64,000 nt of DNA from an uncultured virus (IMG/VR IMGVR_UViG_3300044611_002008) (IMGVR_UViG_3300044611_002008:1-64000), one strand, 5' to 3'. Shown: positions 28,601-37,137, counted from the stretch's first letter. The notes: generated by a model from the sequence alone, not told the origin. Numbers and translations are program-made.

Positions 28601-31594
28601 AATGGTTCAAATAAAAGGTTAGACACCGGACTTGGCACAGATTATACTAATAATTCTAGTATATCTTTTGGAGCATTTATTTCTGAGCCTACATCCAAAG
28701 CATTTAGTACCTATCTAGGAGTCGCCCAAAACACTAATGCAGATACGACCGTTTTGTATTATAGAGATGGATTTACTAGAGGGTTGGATGGTGCCACATA
28801 CTATCCAGCTGAACCAACCAACTCTACTCTTTTTGGTTATCATGTTTATTCTAGGACAGCCGGTAATAATTTCTTCCATTCTTGGAACGGAATATCTGGC
28901 TCATCATCCAATTCCGTGTCTGCAGCCAGAGGATCAGACGGATTTGTTATTCACGCTCTAAATAATAACGGAACACTAGCGAATTACGGAGATGGTAGAA
29001 TTTCAATGTATCATATAGGCTTAGGATTAACTTCGGCCGAAACCGTTACTCTTTACAACGCCATCGATGCGTTCAATACGTCTATGGGTCGAACAAGACC
29101 AAGCGCTTCTTTTGCATCAGTTACGAATGAAGATGCGAAGATTTGGGTAGATAATGTATACTATAATGGCGGCACGGTATCTAGTACTACAGCAAATCTT
29201 CTTAATACGTTTTGCAATAGTATAGATTCTGCTGGTCTTAGGGGTAAAATCTATCGATTAAATTTGATGTGCGGAAATAATGTGAATGCAGCGAGTGTTC
29301 CGCTGTACAAAGGAATTGATCGCACTATTCAGTATGGTAGTTTAATTGACGCTAACAATAACTTTACTAGTTCGGATTATGTTGAAACAGGAGTAGGGGC
29401 AGGGTTACGTGGTGATGGATCCACCAAATTTTTGAATACTGGTTTGGCCCCCAATAAACTTCCCGACAATCTCCGAACAGGACATATTGGCATATATATG
29501 ACCAAAAGCAGTCAATCTAATAACAGAAGATTGATAGGCACAACTAACGACTTAAATAATGACAGATTTCAAATAAATCATGCTGTCTTATCTAATACTA
29601 TGTCTGCGGTTTTTAGCGGATCGGGGGGTGGTGGTACAATAATATCTTATAAAAACAATGCTCAAGAACTTTATGTAGTTAATCGCAATGCCAATAATAG
29701 CGCTAGATTTTATACTGGAGGAGTAGGAGGCGTAGTTACAACCACTAATATTAGCGGTCAGTTATCAGACACAAACCCTAATTCTTTTGTTATTTTAGCT
29801 ACAAATAGTAGTGCTGGTGTATCCTCGCACTCTGACGCTACTGTTGCTGGTTATACCATAGGCTTGCCGCTCACAGACTCCGAACACAACGTATTATATC
29901 AAATTATAGAAACATTTAATTTGGGTTTAAATAGAGGTAGATCTAGTACTGGATTTGCGGGAATAGATAATGAAGACGCTAAAATTTGGATAGATACGGT
30001 ATACTCTAAGGGCGGTTCGGCATCGTCTAGCACCGCTAATTTGGTTAATACTTTTTGTAATAGTATAGACGCTGCCGGATTAAGAAATAAATTCTATCGA
30101 GTTAATTTATTTTGCGGAAACGGCTTGGAGTCTTGTTTAACGCCGATATATTGTAGCCAAACAACTTCTGGAATCAGATACGGAGGCGTAGAAGACACAA
30201 ATAATAACTTTGTATCAGCTGACTATAGTGAAAATAGTGGATTAATAGGCAACGCCTCAAATAAGTGGCTAGACACTATGCTGCCACAAAATTTTGCTAC
30301 ATATAGACATTTGGGCGTGGTTATGAATAAGTTACCTTCTGCGCCATACAGAATGATTATGGGCGCAAAAACCAATGCCGCTACGCTCGACTGGACTTCT
30401 GATACCAGACTACAAACAGATGTTGGTACAAATGTAGCAAGTTTTTGGACAGGTAATGCGTCTGGACAACTATCCACAGGTATTAGTATGTTAATGACGG
30501 AAAAAACATTTGTGATTGGTCTTACCGATAGTGATGGGTTGAATAAGCTATATTCGGATACTTTAACCACCAATTCTGTTAACACTATCAGTGCCCCAGA
30601 TACTACTTCTATAGGAATATTTGCTCAAAAAATAGGAGCAACAAGTGTTGGTAGTACTCATACAGACGCTAGATTGTCTTTATATACTATTGGTATAAAT
30701 TTAACAAGTTCAGAAATAGCCACACTAACATCTATTATAGACGCATTTAATGATGGTCTTGCTAGAGGCAAACCAAGCAACACCTTCGCTTCCGTAACAA
30801 ACAATGATGCTAAACTATGGATTAATAGAGTTTATACAAATGGAGGTTCTATATCTTCTAATACTGCTAGCTCTGTAAATAGTTTTTGCAATAGTATTAA
30901 TGCAAATGGTTTGAGAGATAAATTTTATAGATTAAATCTATTTTGTGGAAACAATCTAGTTTCTGCTTTGACTCCGTTATATTTAGGCCCTTCAGCTACT
31001 GTTCTTTATGGATCTCATATTGATATTAATAATAATTTTATAGCTTCCGATTACTCAGAAACTTCTGGATTACAAGGGTCTTTTTCTGGTAATAAGTATT
31101 TGTTGACCAATTTGGCTCAATCGGTTTTAACCACGAATAATCGCCACTTATCTGCTTATGAAACGGTAAAAAATACGCGAGGTTATGGAGCTTTAATAGG
31201 ATCCGATAATGGAGCTAGTAATGTTAGCTCATGGAGTATCAGCGCAAACGGAGAGGCCTCTTCTATGGGATATTATTCAGGGGCTGGGAATGATTATGTT
31301 TGGGGTACTTCTTATACTCCTCCTACTTTTTGGTTAGGTACAGGCTCTTCTACTCAAGGAAGGATTTATAAAAACGGGATATTTGACGTTGACGGTTCGA
31401 CCGTTGTAACCCCCGGAACTCCAGGATCGTCCACAATTGGGATTTTTAACAAAAATTCATCAACACATGGCCCAGGCGTACTAACAAATGCTGCTATAGG
31501 AATGTATTCGGTGGGATTATCTTTTACGGATGCTGAAATTATTAGCTTAAATCAGATATTAAACGCTTTTAATAGTAATATTTTACGGGCTTAA
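22685..31594 (+). CDS. Giant lectin-like repeat protein (5 LamG/ConA-like domains plus 6 second-type repeats)
   Basis: 2969 aa; WxDAxD, WxDKSG and E..YL..KW motifs five times; DA..W...V...GG...FCNxIDxAGLRxKFYRLNLFCG repeat six times. Confidence 0.8.
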   Translation: MGNLIPSNNNDDNLDFNPTKLPGCKVWIDATDESTLFTTDYQGSVTVPDNFTPTSVGGCSTWYDSSDASTLYNTSAGPVTAVSSPTEVSGCALWLDAADNTSIYKTNVGPLSPVSAPTDIGGCQFWLDASDPASMFEDTAGLTPSSVGNTVGLWRDKSGNARHVQQATGSKKPIRSTSVFSSGAVHFDGIDDILSNQTASEWGWATGGSMTWIFVGQRGDTPSVSSDYRYWFGNGEPLYQSNINSFGIFVEDQNPHNGRLQFVISQGGAHNKQNVTFDTNSSPDATIWLHTLAYEASTPSVFMRGQGSDRTITTVNTNVATSGVSPNFGLSVGADSHNSYAGSRFGDIRLAEVCAFNRRLTNDEIYRVEKYLADKWNISDVNGTVTNSGDTIGAWRDKSGNGFHATQLNNNQRPSRNINPQNNLQGLQFSNANSTLLTTQISGSLTSSTQDYTVFLVCQRTAVHDGEVILGRRTPGCYASALYYNNPGANSTNIQFYNSGPEIAFPTEVGIPTSVQMICLSRSGSTNYSGWQAGLSSFIDSSMGSGPASSLLSNIGASCNGSSGMTGYIYEILAYNRNLTREERASVEKYLANKWNTTDNHVATTANSKVGYWADKTGNNRHARQDVSSYRPSYSGSINDLPAITFDGADDHFLIGNLSAVFPTFGEVFIVFEPDNTVSYSLYQTKVNYAYFTYDGSSNFGYFTNNKSATFTWDRPRTGTNITSVRSASGTLFVRLNGNHIYSQSGLGHDGGNNHAIGFTYSGGGGVSGVVMKGKIVEVITFNTDIGTENRARVEQYLSKKWGMQTTLHDKSSQPGEKIGYWKNKTDLNFALSQYRIEKQGEIGFINGKRAVSFENNSGFLLAYLANTVPGEELSFFWVCNITKPGVNNQVVFRFGNYSGYTQIAKFDDRIEYGGTNGITINNPPQTKNLPIIESVIKSNGTIWNSTNVYRNGILLPKNNLGVDGNLSTGSNDVLIIAGYSSDANFLGTGGMIIGEFICYNRAVSDQERKLVEKYLHDKWNINKLTTSISKPTDISRCSMWLDANDPKTLFVDTAASTNVSADGQTIAYWADKVSGQDVIQATVSARPTYRTNMQNGRPMLYFDGGDDLLSQVNRPYAAPCTLFVVCRIDSHSGDVSGIVTHGDSTGGLNGPGFCYIGSTAAGACLVFLDGAGAGTTSSSNTNSSMLGLPRVITGVYNQSNTSNSLIYVNGNLEENFTGTGVTLNAAANRVQIGARTGGGQTARRMIGYVAECIRYDRVLTDNERAMVENYLSEKWGLGSYSSPNSIGSSIVRHNIKVSNKDAQNWVDRVFQNGGSVSERTADRVNSLCNRIDAAGIRKKFYRVNLFCGNDLAACLTPLYLGPDNNTFYGSRTDTNNGFVGPNYDEKNGLISTAQGNHLLTGVSFDAIGASDFGHMAFYQTQYNIDTNEYAGGNRVVMGGGSISIAFFDTTDGHYLGSNYGPFVPTRSSYFGGLFVSNRSSATNFKSYEQGSTVSQNSLNMLYQTPQTSQIGIFTNGSVGASGFTYISGYLKGYSFGHSMSDAEVSTYSSIMEDFQTSLGRGLPIRPSAQFASVTNSEAKSWIDAVYTNNGTVSISTALAVNNFCNSIDAAGLRNKFYRLNLFCGNTINSCLVPLYRAPARLGPRYGNQNDINIPISYGYYVNSDDFNYIENQGLLGNTQEIAGNSNISRRYLDTGLITGSISQLNNDMHYAIYSKDLTSGGYAMGAYDGASTGFSLQIGLAGYNVGAFANARLNQTNTSTTAIYPTRKGLYVGNYSNYILNLYEGRANVVGQRDLTFANALNPTTVSTVSIFAENRVGNGIALFNYLDRLQGYSIGTSLTSADVQNYYDIMQTFQAALSRAQQTTLSSTFDSITNADARDWLTRVYENGGTVSLSTATAVQNFCNTIDSAGLRSRFFRLNLFCGDNLNAATVPLYRGQGVSSTQHGFLIDINTNFTSSDYNQSGSFAGIKGNGSNKRLDTGLGTDYTNNSSISFGAFISEPTSKAFSTYLGVAQNTNADTTVLYYRDGFTRGLDGATYYPAEPTNSTLFGYHVYSRTAGNNFFHSWNGISGSSSNSVSAARGSDGFVIHALNNNGTLANYGDGRISMYHIGLGLTSAETVTLYNAIDAFNTSMGRTRPSASFASVTNEDAKIWVDNVYYNGGTVSSTTANLLNTFCNSIDSAGLRGKIYRLNLMCGNNVNAASVPLYKGIDRTIQYGSLIDANNNFTSSDYVETGVGAGLRGDGSTKFLNTGLAPNKLPDNLRTGHIGIYMTKSSQSNNRRLIGTTNDLNNDRFQINHAVLSNTMSAVFSGSGGGGTIISYKNNAQELYVVNRNANNSARFYTGGVGGVVTTTNISGQLSDTNPNSFVILATNSSAGVSSHSDATVAGYTIGLPLTDSEHNVLYQIIETFNLGLNRGRSSTGFAGIDNEDAKIWIDTVYSKGGSASSSTANLVNTFCNSIDAAGLRNKFYRVNLFCGNGLESCLTPIYCSQTTSGIRYGGVEDTNNNFVSADYSENSGLIGNASNKWLDTMLPQNFATYRHLGVVMNKLPSAPYRMIMGAKTNAATLDWTSDTRLQTDVGTNVASFWTGNASGQLSTGISMLMTEKTFVIGLTDSDGLNKLYSDTLTTNSVNTISAPDTTSIGIFAQKIGATSVGSTHTDARLSLYTIGINLTSSEIATLTSIIDAFNDGLARGKPSNTFASVTNNDAKLWINRVYTNGGSISSNTASSVNSFCNSINANGLRDKFYRLNLFCGNNLVSALTPLYLGPSATVLYGSHIDINNNFIASDYSETSGLQGSFSGNKYLLTNLAQSVLTTNNRHLSAYETVKNTRGYGALIGSDNGASNVSSWSISANGEASSMGYYSGAGNDYVWGTSYTPPTFWLGTGSSTQGRIYKNGIFDVDGSTVVTPGTPGSSTIGIFNKNSSTHGPGVLTNAAIGMYSVGLSFTDAEIISLNQILNAFNSNILRA

Positions 31595-31655
31595 TGGGTC
31601 AATGAGGTTTGTTTTTTATGGTATCTATCCTTTCATGACCAGGAATTATGATAAA

Positions 31656-31675
31656 GGTGTAAATAAATAAATATT
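31656..31675 (+). promoter_or_regulatory. GGTGTA upstream motif
   Basis: Intergenic GGTGTAAATAAATAAATATT, 36 bp before the ATG at 31692. Confidence 0.55.
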
Positions 31676-31691
31676 ACAAGAGATTATCAAT

Positions 31692-33395
31692 ATGACCATA
31701 TCTAGAAAAAACGCTAATTTAGGACAGTCTATTAATGCTTCTGGCATTAGTGATACTATTTATATAGCTAATAATAATGTTGGTATAAATGTTAGCAATC
31801 CATTATATCAATTAGATGTGGCTGGTACTGGTAATTTTAGTCAGGGTATTTTTGTTAATGGCACGGGCGTTAGTATTGGTGGTCATTCACATAATATTTC
31901 CGATATTAATAATTTACAGTCTACACTAAATAATATATCCACTATTCAAGGTACTCAGGGCGTTCAGGGAATTATTGGTACACAAGGAATACAGGGTTTA
32001 TTTGGTATTCAGGGGTTTATTGGTAGTCAAGGTACCACGGGTAGCACGGGAGGTCAAGGTGTTCAAGGCATTACGGGTAGTCAAGGCGTTCAAGGAATAA
32101 CTGGTAGTCAAGGAACTACGGGCAACACTGGCAGTCAGGGAATAACTGGCTTACAAGGAACCACAGGTAGTCAGGGAGTAACCGGTAGTCAAGGCACTAC
32201 TGGTAGTCAGGGCTTAACAGGAAGTCAAGGAATTGATGGCGTTCAAGGTTTGACCGGTAGTCAGGGCTTAACGGGCAGTCAAGGCACCATGGGTAGCCAA
32301 GGAATCACAGGCAGTCAAGGCTTAACGGGCAATCAAGGTATTCAAGGCCTAACAGGCAGTCAAGGTTTGACTGGTAGTCAAGGCTTAACGGGTTCGCAAG
32401 GCGTTCAAGGTTTGACGGGTAGTCAAGGCACCACGGGTAGCGCTGGCAGTCAAGGAGTTCAAGGTATTACGGGTAGTCAAGGCACCACGGGTAGCGCTGG
32501 CAGTCAAGGAGTTCAAGGTATCACGGGCAGCCAAGGTATTCAAGGTATTACGGGTAGTCAAGGTACTACTGGTAGTCAGGGCTTAACGGGCAGCCAGGGT
32601 ATTGCTGGAAGTCAAGGTATCACGGGCAGTCAAGGCTTAACCGGTAGTCAAGGTACCACCGGAAGTCAAGGAGCCTCCGGTAGCGCGGGAGGTCAAGGTG
32701 TTCAAGGTATCACGGGCAGTCAAGGCGTTACGGGTAGTCAGGGGATAACAGGCCCGCAGGGTACCATTGGAGCAACCGGTCCTGTAGGTCAAGGTTTTTC
32801 AGATGGTAATAAAGGAGATATTACGATAAGCAATGGCGGAGCTACTTTGAGTATTAATACCGACTCTGTTACAACAGTAGATATTGCTAACGGGGCTATT
32901 ACCACATCAAAACTAGATACTAATATTACCATCGATTGTGGCGTGATCCTACCTCCCAATACTCCCACAATAACCAGTACTCCTACTCAGACGCCCACAT
33001 TGACTCCCACTCCAACAGCCAGTTCGGTATTATCAGCCTCTTTACAAAAAGCTTCAACTGGAGTATTTGATTCGGCTACAGGTTCTGGTACATCTTCTAG
33101 CCCATTAACATGGAATGGGTTGGTTGAAAATAATGGCACATATTTAATGTTCACATGTCTTGCTACAGGAACATTAAACCTAACAACGACAGTACGCAGT
33201 GGTTGTGGCGATTTTGGGTGCGATGTAATACAGGTCACGAAAAACAATCTATTGGCTTGGGAGATACCCTTAACAAACGGAGCCACGCTGTCTAGATCTA
33301 CGACATTTTCTGTAGCTACTAATGATATAATCAGATTATATATCTTAAATGAATGGGGAGCGAGAGTACAATCTTTTTCGGCTAATATACAATGA
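31692..33395 (+). CDS. Collagen-like fibre protein
   Basis: About 93 Gly-X-Y triplets, HSHNISDI tail repeat, IDCG motif, Thr-Pro linker and C-terminal beta domain. Confidence 0.88.
   Translation: MTISRKNANLGQSINASGISDTIYIANNNVGINVSNPLYQLDVAGTGNFSQGIFVNGTGVSIGGHSHNISDINNLQSTLNNISTIQGTQGVQGIIGTQGIQGLFGIQGFIGSQGTTGSTGGQGVQGITGSQGVQGITGSQGTTGNTGSQGITGLQGTTGSQGVTGSQGTTGSQGLTGSQGIDGVQGLTGSQGLTGSQGTMGSQGITGSQGLTGNQGIQGLTGSQGLTGSQGLTGSQGVQGLTGSQGTTGSAGSQGVQGITGSQGTTGSAGSQGVQGITGSQGIQGITGSQGTTGSQGLTGSQGIAGSQGITGSQGLTGSQGTTGSQGASGSAGGQGVQGITGSQGVTGSQGITGPQGTIGATGPVGQGFSDGNKGDITISNGGATLSINTDSVTTVDIANGAITTSKLDTNITIDCGVILPPNTPTITSTPTQTPTLTPTPTASSVLSASLQKASTGVFDSATGSGTSSSPLTWNGLVENNGTYLMFTCLATGTLNLTTTVRSGCGDFGCDVIQVTKNNLLAWEIPLTNGATLSRSTTFSVATNDIIRLYILNEWGARVQSFSANIQ
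31950..32786 (+). repeat. Collagen-coding 9-bp-period tandem repeat
   Basis: GGT/GGC-AGT-CAA type units encoding G-S-Q, G-I-T, G-L-T, G-V-Q. Confidence 0.92.
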
Positions 33396-33838
33396 ATTTT
33401 AAATTAAATAACATCAATATTACAGAACTATTAAGTAATAAACATATAAATTATGTTAATACGCCAGGTTTTAATTTTGATAAATTATTTGATAGGCCAT
33501 CAGACTTGTTGGATTATGAAAACAAAACCGGCTATTTTCAAAAAATATTTTTAGAAGAGCACATGGAAATTTTAGGGTACAGATGCAAAAATCTCATATT
33601 TTATCCACCACGCGGCGGTATGGGGTGGCATACTAACGGTCCAAAATCTGGCAAAAGAATATATATATCATGGTCAGAAAGTGGTGATAGTGGTATGAAT
33701 TGGTACGATATTGAAAAAGATAATATTCTAATAGATAGAGATGAGATTGGTTTTAATATTAGAATATTTAATATCCCCCAGTGGCACTGTGTTTGGTCAA
33801 AATGTAATAGATTTTCTATCGGATTTGATATAGGCTAA
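33392..33838 (+). CDS. 2OG-Fe(II) oxygenase-like (cupin/DSBH) protein
   Basis: YPPRGGMGWHTN...WHCVWSKCNRFSIGF gives H-x-N...H metal ligands and an R-x-S 2-oxoglutarate-binding motif. ATGA overlap with the collagen gene. Confidence 0.65.
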   Translation: MNFKLNNINITELLSNKHINYVNTPGFNFDKLFDRPSDLLDYENKTGYFQKIFLEEHMEILGYRCKNLIFYPPRGGMGWHTNGPKSGKRIYISWSESGDSGMNWYDIEKDNILIDRDEIGFNIRIFNIPQWHCVWSKCNRFSIGFDIG

Positions 33839-33877
33839 GAATATACTGATAAAAAAGTTTTTATAGAGGTTGTTATA

Positions 33878-34510
33878 ATGCCAACAATTCAAAACAAACG
33901 AGGAACAGCCGCTACTTTGGCTTCTGTTAATCCTATACTTGCGGCCGGCGAAATTGTTTTTGAAATAGATACACAGAGGTTTAAAGTAGGAGACGGTGTT
34001 ACTGCTTGGAACACGTTAGTCTATGTAAATACCGCAGGTCCGTCCGGTAGTCAGGGCGTTCAAGGTATCACGGGCAGTCAAGGTACCGCCGGTAGCACGG
34101 GTAGTCAGGGTGTTCAAGGAATAACTGGTAGTCAAGGCACCTCCGGTAGTACGGGAAGTCAAGGCGTTCAAGGCATCACGGGCAGCCAAGGTATTCAAGG
34201 TATTACGGGTAGTCAAGGTTTAACCGGCAGTCAAGGAATAGACGGCAGTCAGGGCTTAACGGGCAGTCAAGGAATTCAAGGCCTAACCGGCAGTCAAGGA
34301 ATTCAAGGCCTAACCGGCAGTCAAGGTTTAACCGGCAGTCAAGGTATCACGGGCAGTCAAGGAGTCCAAGGCTTAACCGGCAGTCAAGGAATAGACGGCG
34401 TTCAAGGTTTGACCGGCAGTCAAGGTTTGACCGGCAGTCAAGGCATTCAAGGCATTCAAGGAACCAATGCCACTAAAAACTCTTACTATATAGGTACAAT
34501 TTTTAACTAG
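33878..34510 (+). CDS. Mtd_N-like domain plus collagen-like stalk
   Basis: IQNKRGT...[17 protein letters not shown] followed by about 48 Gly-X-Y triplets. Confidence 0.88.
   Translation: MPTIQNKRGTAATLASVNPILAAGEIVFEIDTQRFKVGDGVTAWNTLVYVNTAGPSGSQGVQGITGSQGTAGSTGSQGVQGITGSQGTSGSTGSQGVQGITGSQGIQGITGSQGLTGSQGIDGSQGLTGSQGIQGLTGSQGIQGLTGSQGLTGSQGITGSQGVQGLTGSQGIDGVQGLTGSQGLTGSQGIQGIQGTNATKNSYYIGTIFN
34037..34468 (+). repeat. Collagen-coding 9-bp-period tandem repeat
   Basis: Same unit types as 31950..32786, with shared stretches such as GTTCAAGGTATCACGGGCAGTCAAGG. Confidence 0.92.
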
Positions 34511-34521
34511 GAAACTAATAA

Positions 34522-35106
34522 ATGATTGATAATAATTTAATTTTAAAATACTATGGACAGCCTCCTTATTACAGAAATAAATTAACCGGGCTAATTGAGA
34601 CGCTTCCTAATAGAATTAGATTACCTGACGGGTCAACAAGAACGGATCCATCACAATGGTCAAATGATCCCGAAATATTAGAGCTGTCCGGCTTTATGAT
34701 CACGGAGATTACTCAAGAAGATATTAATTTAAAAATGCCCAGCCTTGAAGAAGCCAAACAACAAAAATTAGAAGCTCTTGACGAGGTTTGGAAAGAAAAA
34801 ATCAAATCGGGATGGGCTACTCCTTATGGTTGGAGCCTCGGTTTAGATATTTCTGATGTTACATTGCTTATGGGAGCATTCTTATTGCTCAAAGAAGCTT
34901 CGGCTCTGGGATTGCAGAACTCAACCACGATCATAGATATTGAAGGAGTTAGCCACGAATTGAATATTCAGGACTTGACTTCTTTGATGCTAGCCTATGG
35001 ACAAGCAAGATCTCAACTAAGCCAAGAAGATTCATTGTTAAGACTTCAAATAAAATCATCAACCACTATAGAGGAACTGGAGGGAATAAATTATGGTAAC
35101 GCCTAA
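34522..35106 (+). CDS. Fibre assembly chaperone-like protein (DUF4376-like C-terminus)
   Basis: LPNRIRLPDGSTRTD N-terminus; SLEEAKQQKL...TTIEELEGI helical C-terminus typical of fibre chaperones. Confidence 0.55.
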   Translation: MIDNNLILKYYGQPPYYRNKLTGLIETLPNRIRLPDGSTRTDPSQWSNDPEILELSGFMITEITQEDINLKMPSLEEAKQQKLEALDEVWKEKIKSGWATPYGWSLGLDISDVTLLMGAFLLLKEASALGLQNSTTIIDIEGVSHELNIQDLTSLMLAYGQARSQLSQEDSLLRLQIKSSTTIEELEGINYGNA

Positions 35107-35464
35107 TCTCATGTCGCCAACGACCGTTAATGGAAAAACAACATATTTAACGCTCGCAAACACAACAGAAACCAATCTTTTAGTTAATGCAGCTAACTCC
35201 GATGCTGCTATAAAAATAGTATCTATTTATGCAGCGAATATTGACGGAGTGGTTTCGGTCGATTGTACTTTGAGGATATACAATTCCGCCACGGCTGGAA
35301 CGGGTTTTCCAATCGTCAATACCGTTACTGTTCCAGCGGATGCTACCGTTGTTTTAGTAGGCAGAGACGCTCCAATTTGGCTTGAAGAAGACAGAAGGCT
35401 CACAGTTCAGGCTAGTGCGGGTGGAGATCTGACAATTGTGTGCTCTTATGAAGAGGTGCGTTGA
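35093..35464 (+). CDS. Small beta-sandwich fibre adaptor protein
   Basis: PNL...NGKT...KIVSIYAANIDG...TVPADATVVL...LEED...SYEE pattern of small virion proteins that precede lectin genes. Confidence 0.7.
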   Translation: MVTPNLMSPTTVNGKTTYLTLANTTETNLLVNAANSDAAIKIVSIYAANIDGVVSVDCTLRIYNSATAGTGFPIVNTVTVPADATVVLVGRDAPIWLEEDRRLTVQASAGGDLTIVCSYEEVR

Positions 35465-36279
35465 TGGGTGTTGTTTTTCGAGAAGGAAACATGATAGGAG
35501 CAACAAGAACATCTTCATTATCTGCTGGTAATGGAATTTGGAATATTTATGAGATTGAAAATAGGAATAGACGGAATCAGTGGCCAGTTCAGATAGTCGG
35601 AGATGGATTGCAAATGAATATGGATGCGGGCATTCCCGAGTCATATGCCGGGTCGGGTAGCACATGGAATGATTTAAGCGGAAACAATCGTCACGTAACA
35701 TTGGTTAACTCTCCCTCATACAGTTCAAATAACGGGGGATTTTTAAGTTTCAACGGAACCAACCAGAGTGCAAACCGAACATACGAAAACATCGGAACAA
35801 ACAACTTTTCATTAGACGTGTGGGCGAGACCAACCGCGACCATAACCGTTAACGCCCAGGCCACTTCTGGAACAACAGGATTGACAGGACAAAGATATCT
35901 TCTTTTCCCAGCTCAGTCCGCAACAAACGGTGGAGCAGGAATATCTCTTGGGACGAACGGCCTCAGTGTTTATGAGCATGGAAACGCTTATCTCGCCCCT
36001 TTATTATCTCATGCTGTAGCCATATCCAATACTATTTTTACTAATATTGTCATTGTTTATACCAACAAACTGCCAAGTCTGTATATCAATAATGTTTTTA
36101 TAAAAAATGGGTTTACGAGTCTGAGAGCAAGCGTTTTTTATAATTCGGGAGAGTTTATCGCCGGTCAATACGGTCTTTTCTCGGGTGCTGTGAGTAGCGT
36201 TAAAATATATAACAAATCGCTTTCGGCAAGCGAGATATCTCAAAACTTCAATGCTCTCCGAAACAGGTATGGTGTTTAA
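35464..36279 (+). CDS. LamG/ConA-like lectin protein
   Basis: DGLQMNMDAG.PESYAGSGSTWNDLSGN...FNGTNQ...KIYNKSLSASEISQNFNALRNRYGV; TGATG overlap with the upstream stop. Confidence 0.82.
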   Translation: MGVVFREGNMIGATRTSSLSAGNGIWNIYEIENRNRRNQWPVQIVGDGLQMNMDAGIPESYAGSGSTWNDLSGNNRHVTLVNSPSYSSNNGGFLSFNGTNQSANRTYENIGTNNFSLDVWARPTATITVNAQATSGTTGLTGQRYLLFPAQSATNGGAGISLGTNGLSVYEHGNAYLAPLLSHAVAISNTIFTNIVIVYTNKLPSLYINNVFIKNGFTSLRASVFYNSGEFIAGQYGLFSGAVSSVKIYNKSLSASEISQNFNALRNRYGV

Positions 36280-37073
36280 TGGGAAAAAGATTTGCAAATA
36301 CAATAGGAAACGCAAACACTCCCACAGATTTACTAGCTAGTGGAGTTTGGTCTTTAGATCAAGTAAGTTCATCTATTAGGAATAATCAATGGCCAAGTAT
36401 CGTTGATGGACTAATACTATTTTTTGATGCAGCAAACCCAAACAGCTATCCTGGATCTGGCACTGTTGTAAACGATGTTAGTATAAATAGGAATTCAGGC
36501 ACATTATTAAACGGCGTTGGATATTCTTCGCTAAATAGTGGCTATTTTACATTTGATGGGGTAAATGATTCAATAGTCATGAATAACACAATGTCATCGC
36601 TTACAGATTTTAGCATAGAAACTTGGTTTTTTTTGACGACAACGGATGCAAACTATAGAGAGTTGTTTACTTCTGGTCTTCTGGGAATTAGATTTGGTAA
36701 TACTGGATTTGGAGACAGGCTTCAAGTAGGGGTTGATTTGAGCACGGTCAATGGTTGTTTTAATACAAGCTTAAATAAAGCGGGCGCGGTCAATACCTGG
36801 AGACATTTATGTTGGACTAGACAGTCAGGAGTTAATAGAGTTTTTCTTGGTGGGGTTCAGCAAAATTTGGCGCAAGGCACTGGATTTACATATAATTTGA
36901 CTTCTTTTACAAATGGCACCGGTGTCACTCTGGTTAGTACTTCTGCTGCTTGGGGTTCTGGCGGCGGTCGGTTTTTAGGACGACTGCCTGTTTTGAGAAT
37001 TTATAACAGAGCTTTATCGCAATCAGAAATTTCTTCCAATTTCAATCAATTGAGAGGAAGATATGGTGTCTAA
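36279..37073 (+). CDS. LamG/ConA-like lectin protein (paralog of the upstream gene)
   Basis: DGLILFFDAANPNSYPGSG...FDGVND...RIYNRALSQSEISSNFNQLRGRYGV; shared N-terminal G.W.....NQWP motif. Confidence 0.82.
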   Translation: MGKRFANTIGNANTPTDLLASGVWSLDQVSSSIRNNQWPSIVDGLILFFDAANPNSYPGSGTVVNDVSINRNSGTLLNGVGYSSLNSGYFTFDGVNDSIVMNNTMSSLTDFSIETWFFLTTTDANYRELFTSGLLGIRFGNTGFGDRLQVGVDLSTVNGCFNTSLNKAGAVNTWRHLCWTRQSGVNRVFLGGVQQNLAQGTGFTYNLTSFTNGTGVTLVSTSAAWGSGGGRFLGRLPVLRIYNRALSQSEISSNFNQLRGRYGV

Positions 37074-37086
37074 TAAATTAATAGAT

Positions 37087-37117
37087 TTGACATTATTTAA
37101 GAACTCATTAGTATAAT
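37087..37117 (+). promoter_or_regulatory. Sigma70-like promoter
   Basis: TTGACA at 37087-37092 with TATAAT at 37112-37117 (19-bp spacer) or TAGTAT at 37109-37114 (16-bp spacer), intergenic before 37138. Confidence 0.6.
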
Positions 37118-37137
37118 TTATACTCTAGAGAATTCTT

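Noticed and set aside
31586..31618. Terminator after the 2969-aa gene
   Set aside because: A T tract is present but the possible stem is mostly G-U pairs; too weak to call.
31950..34468. CRISPR-like array
   Set aside because: 9-bp periodic coding repeats with no constant repeat plus unique spacer structure.
9084..37073. Diversity-generating retroelement, suggested by Mtd_N-like domains and lectin genes
   Set aside because: No reverse transcriptase in the window and no near-identical TR/VR pair with adenine-specific mismatches. The 3' ends of 35464 and 36279 differ at all base types.
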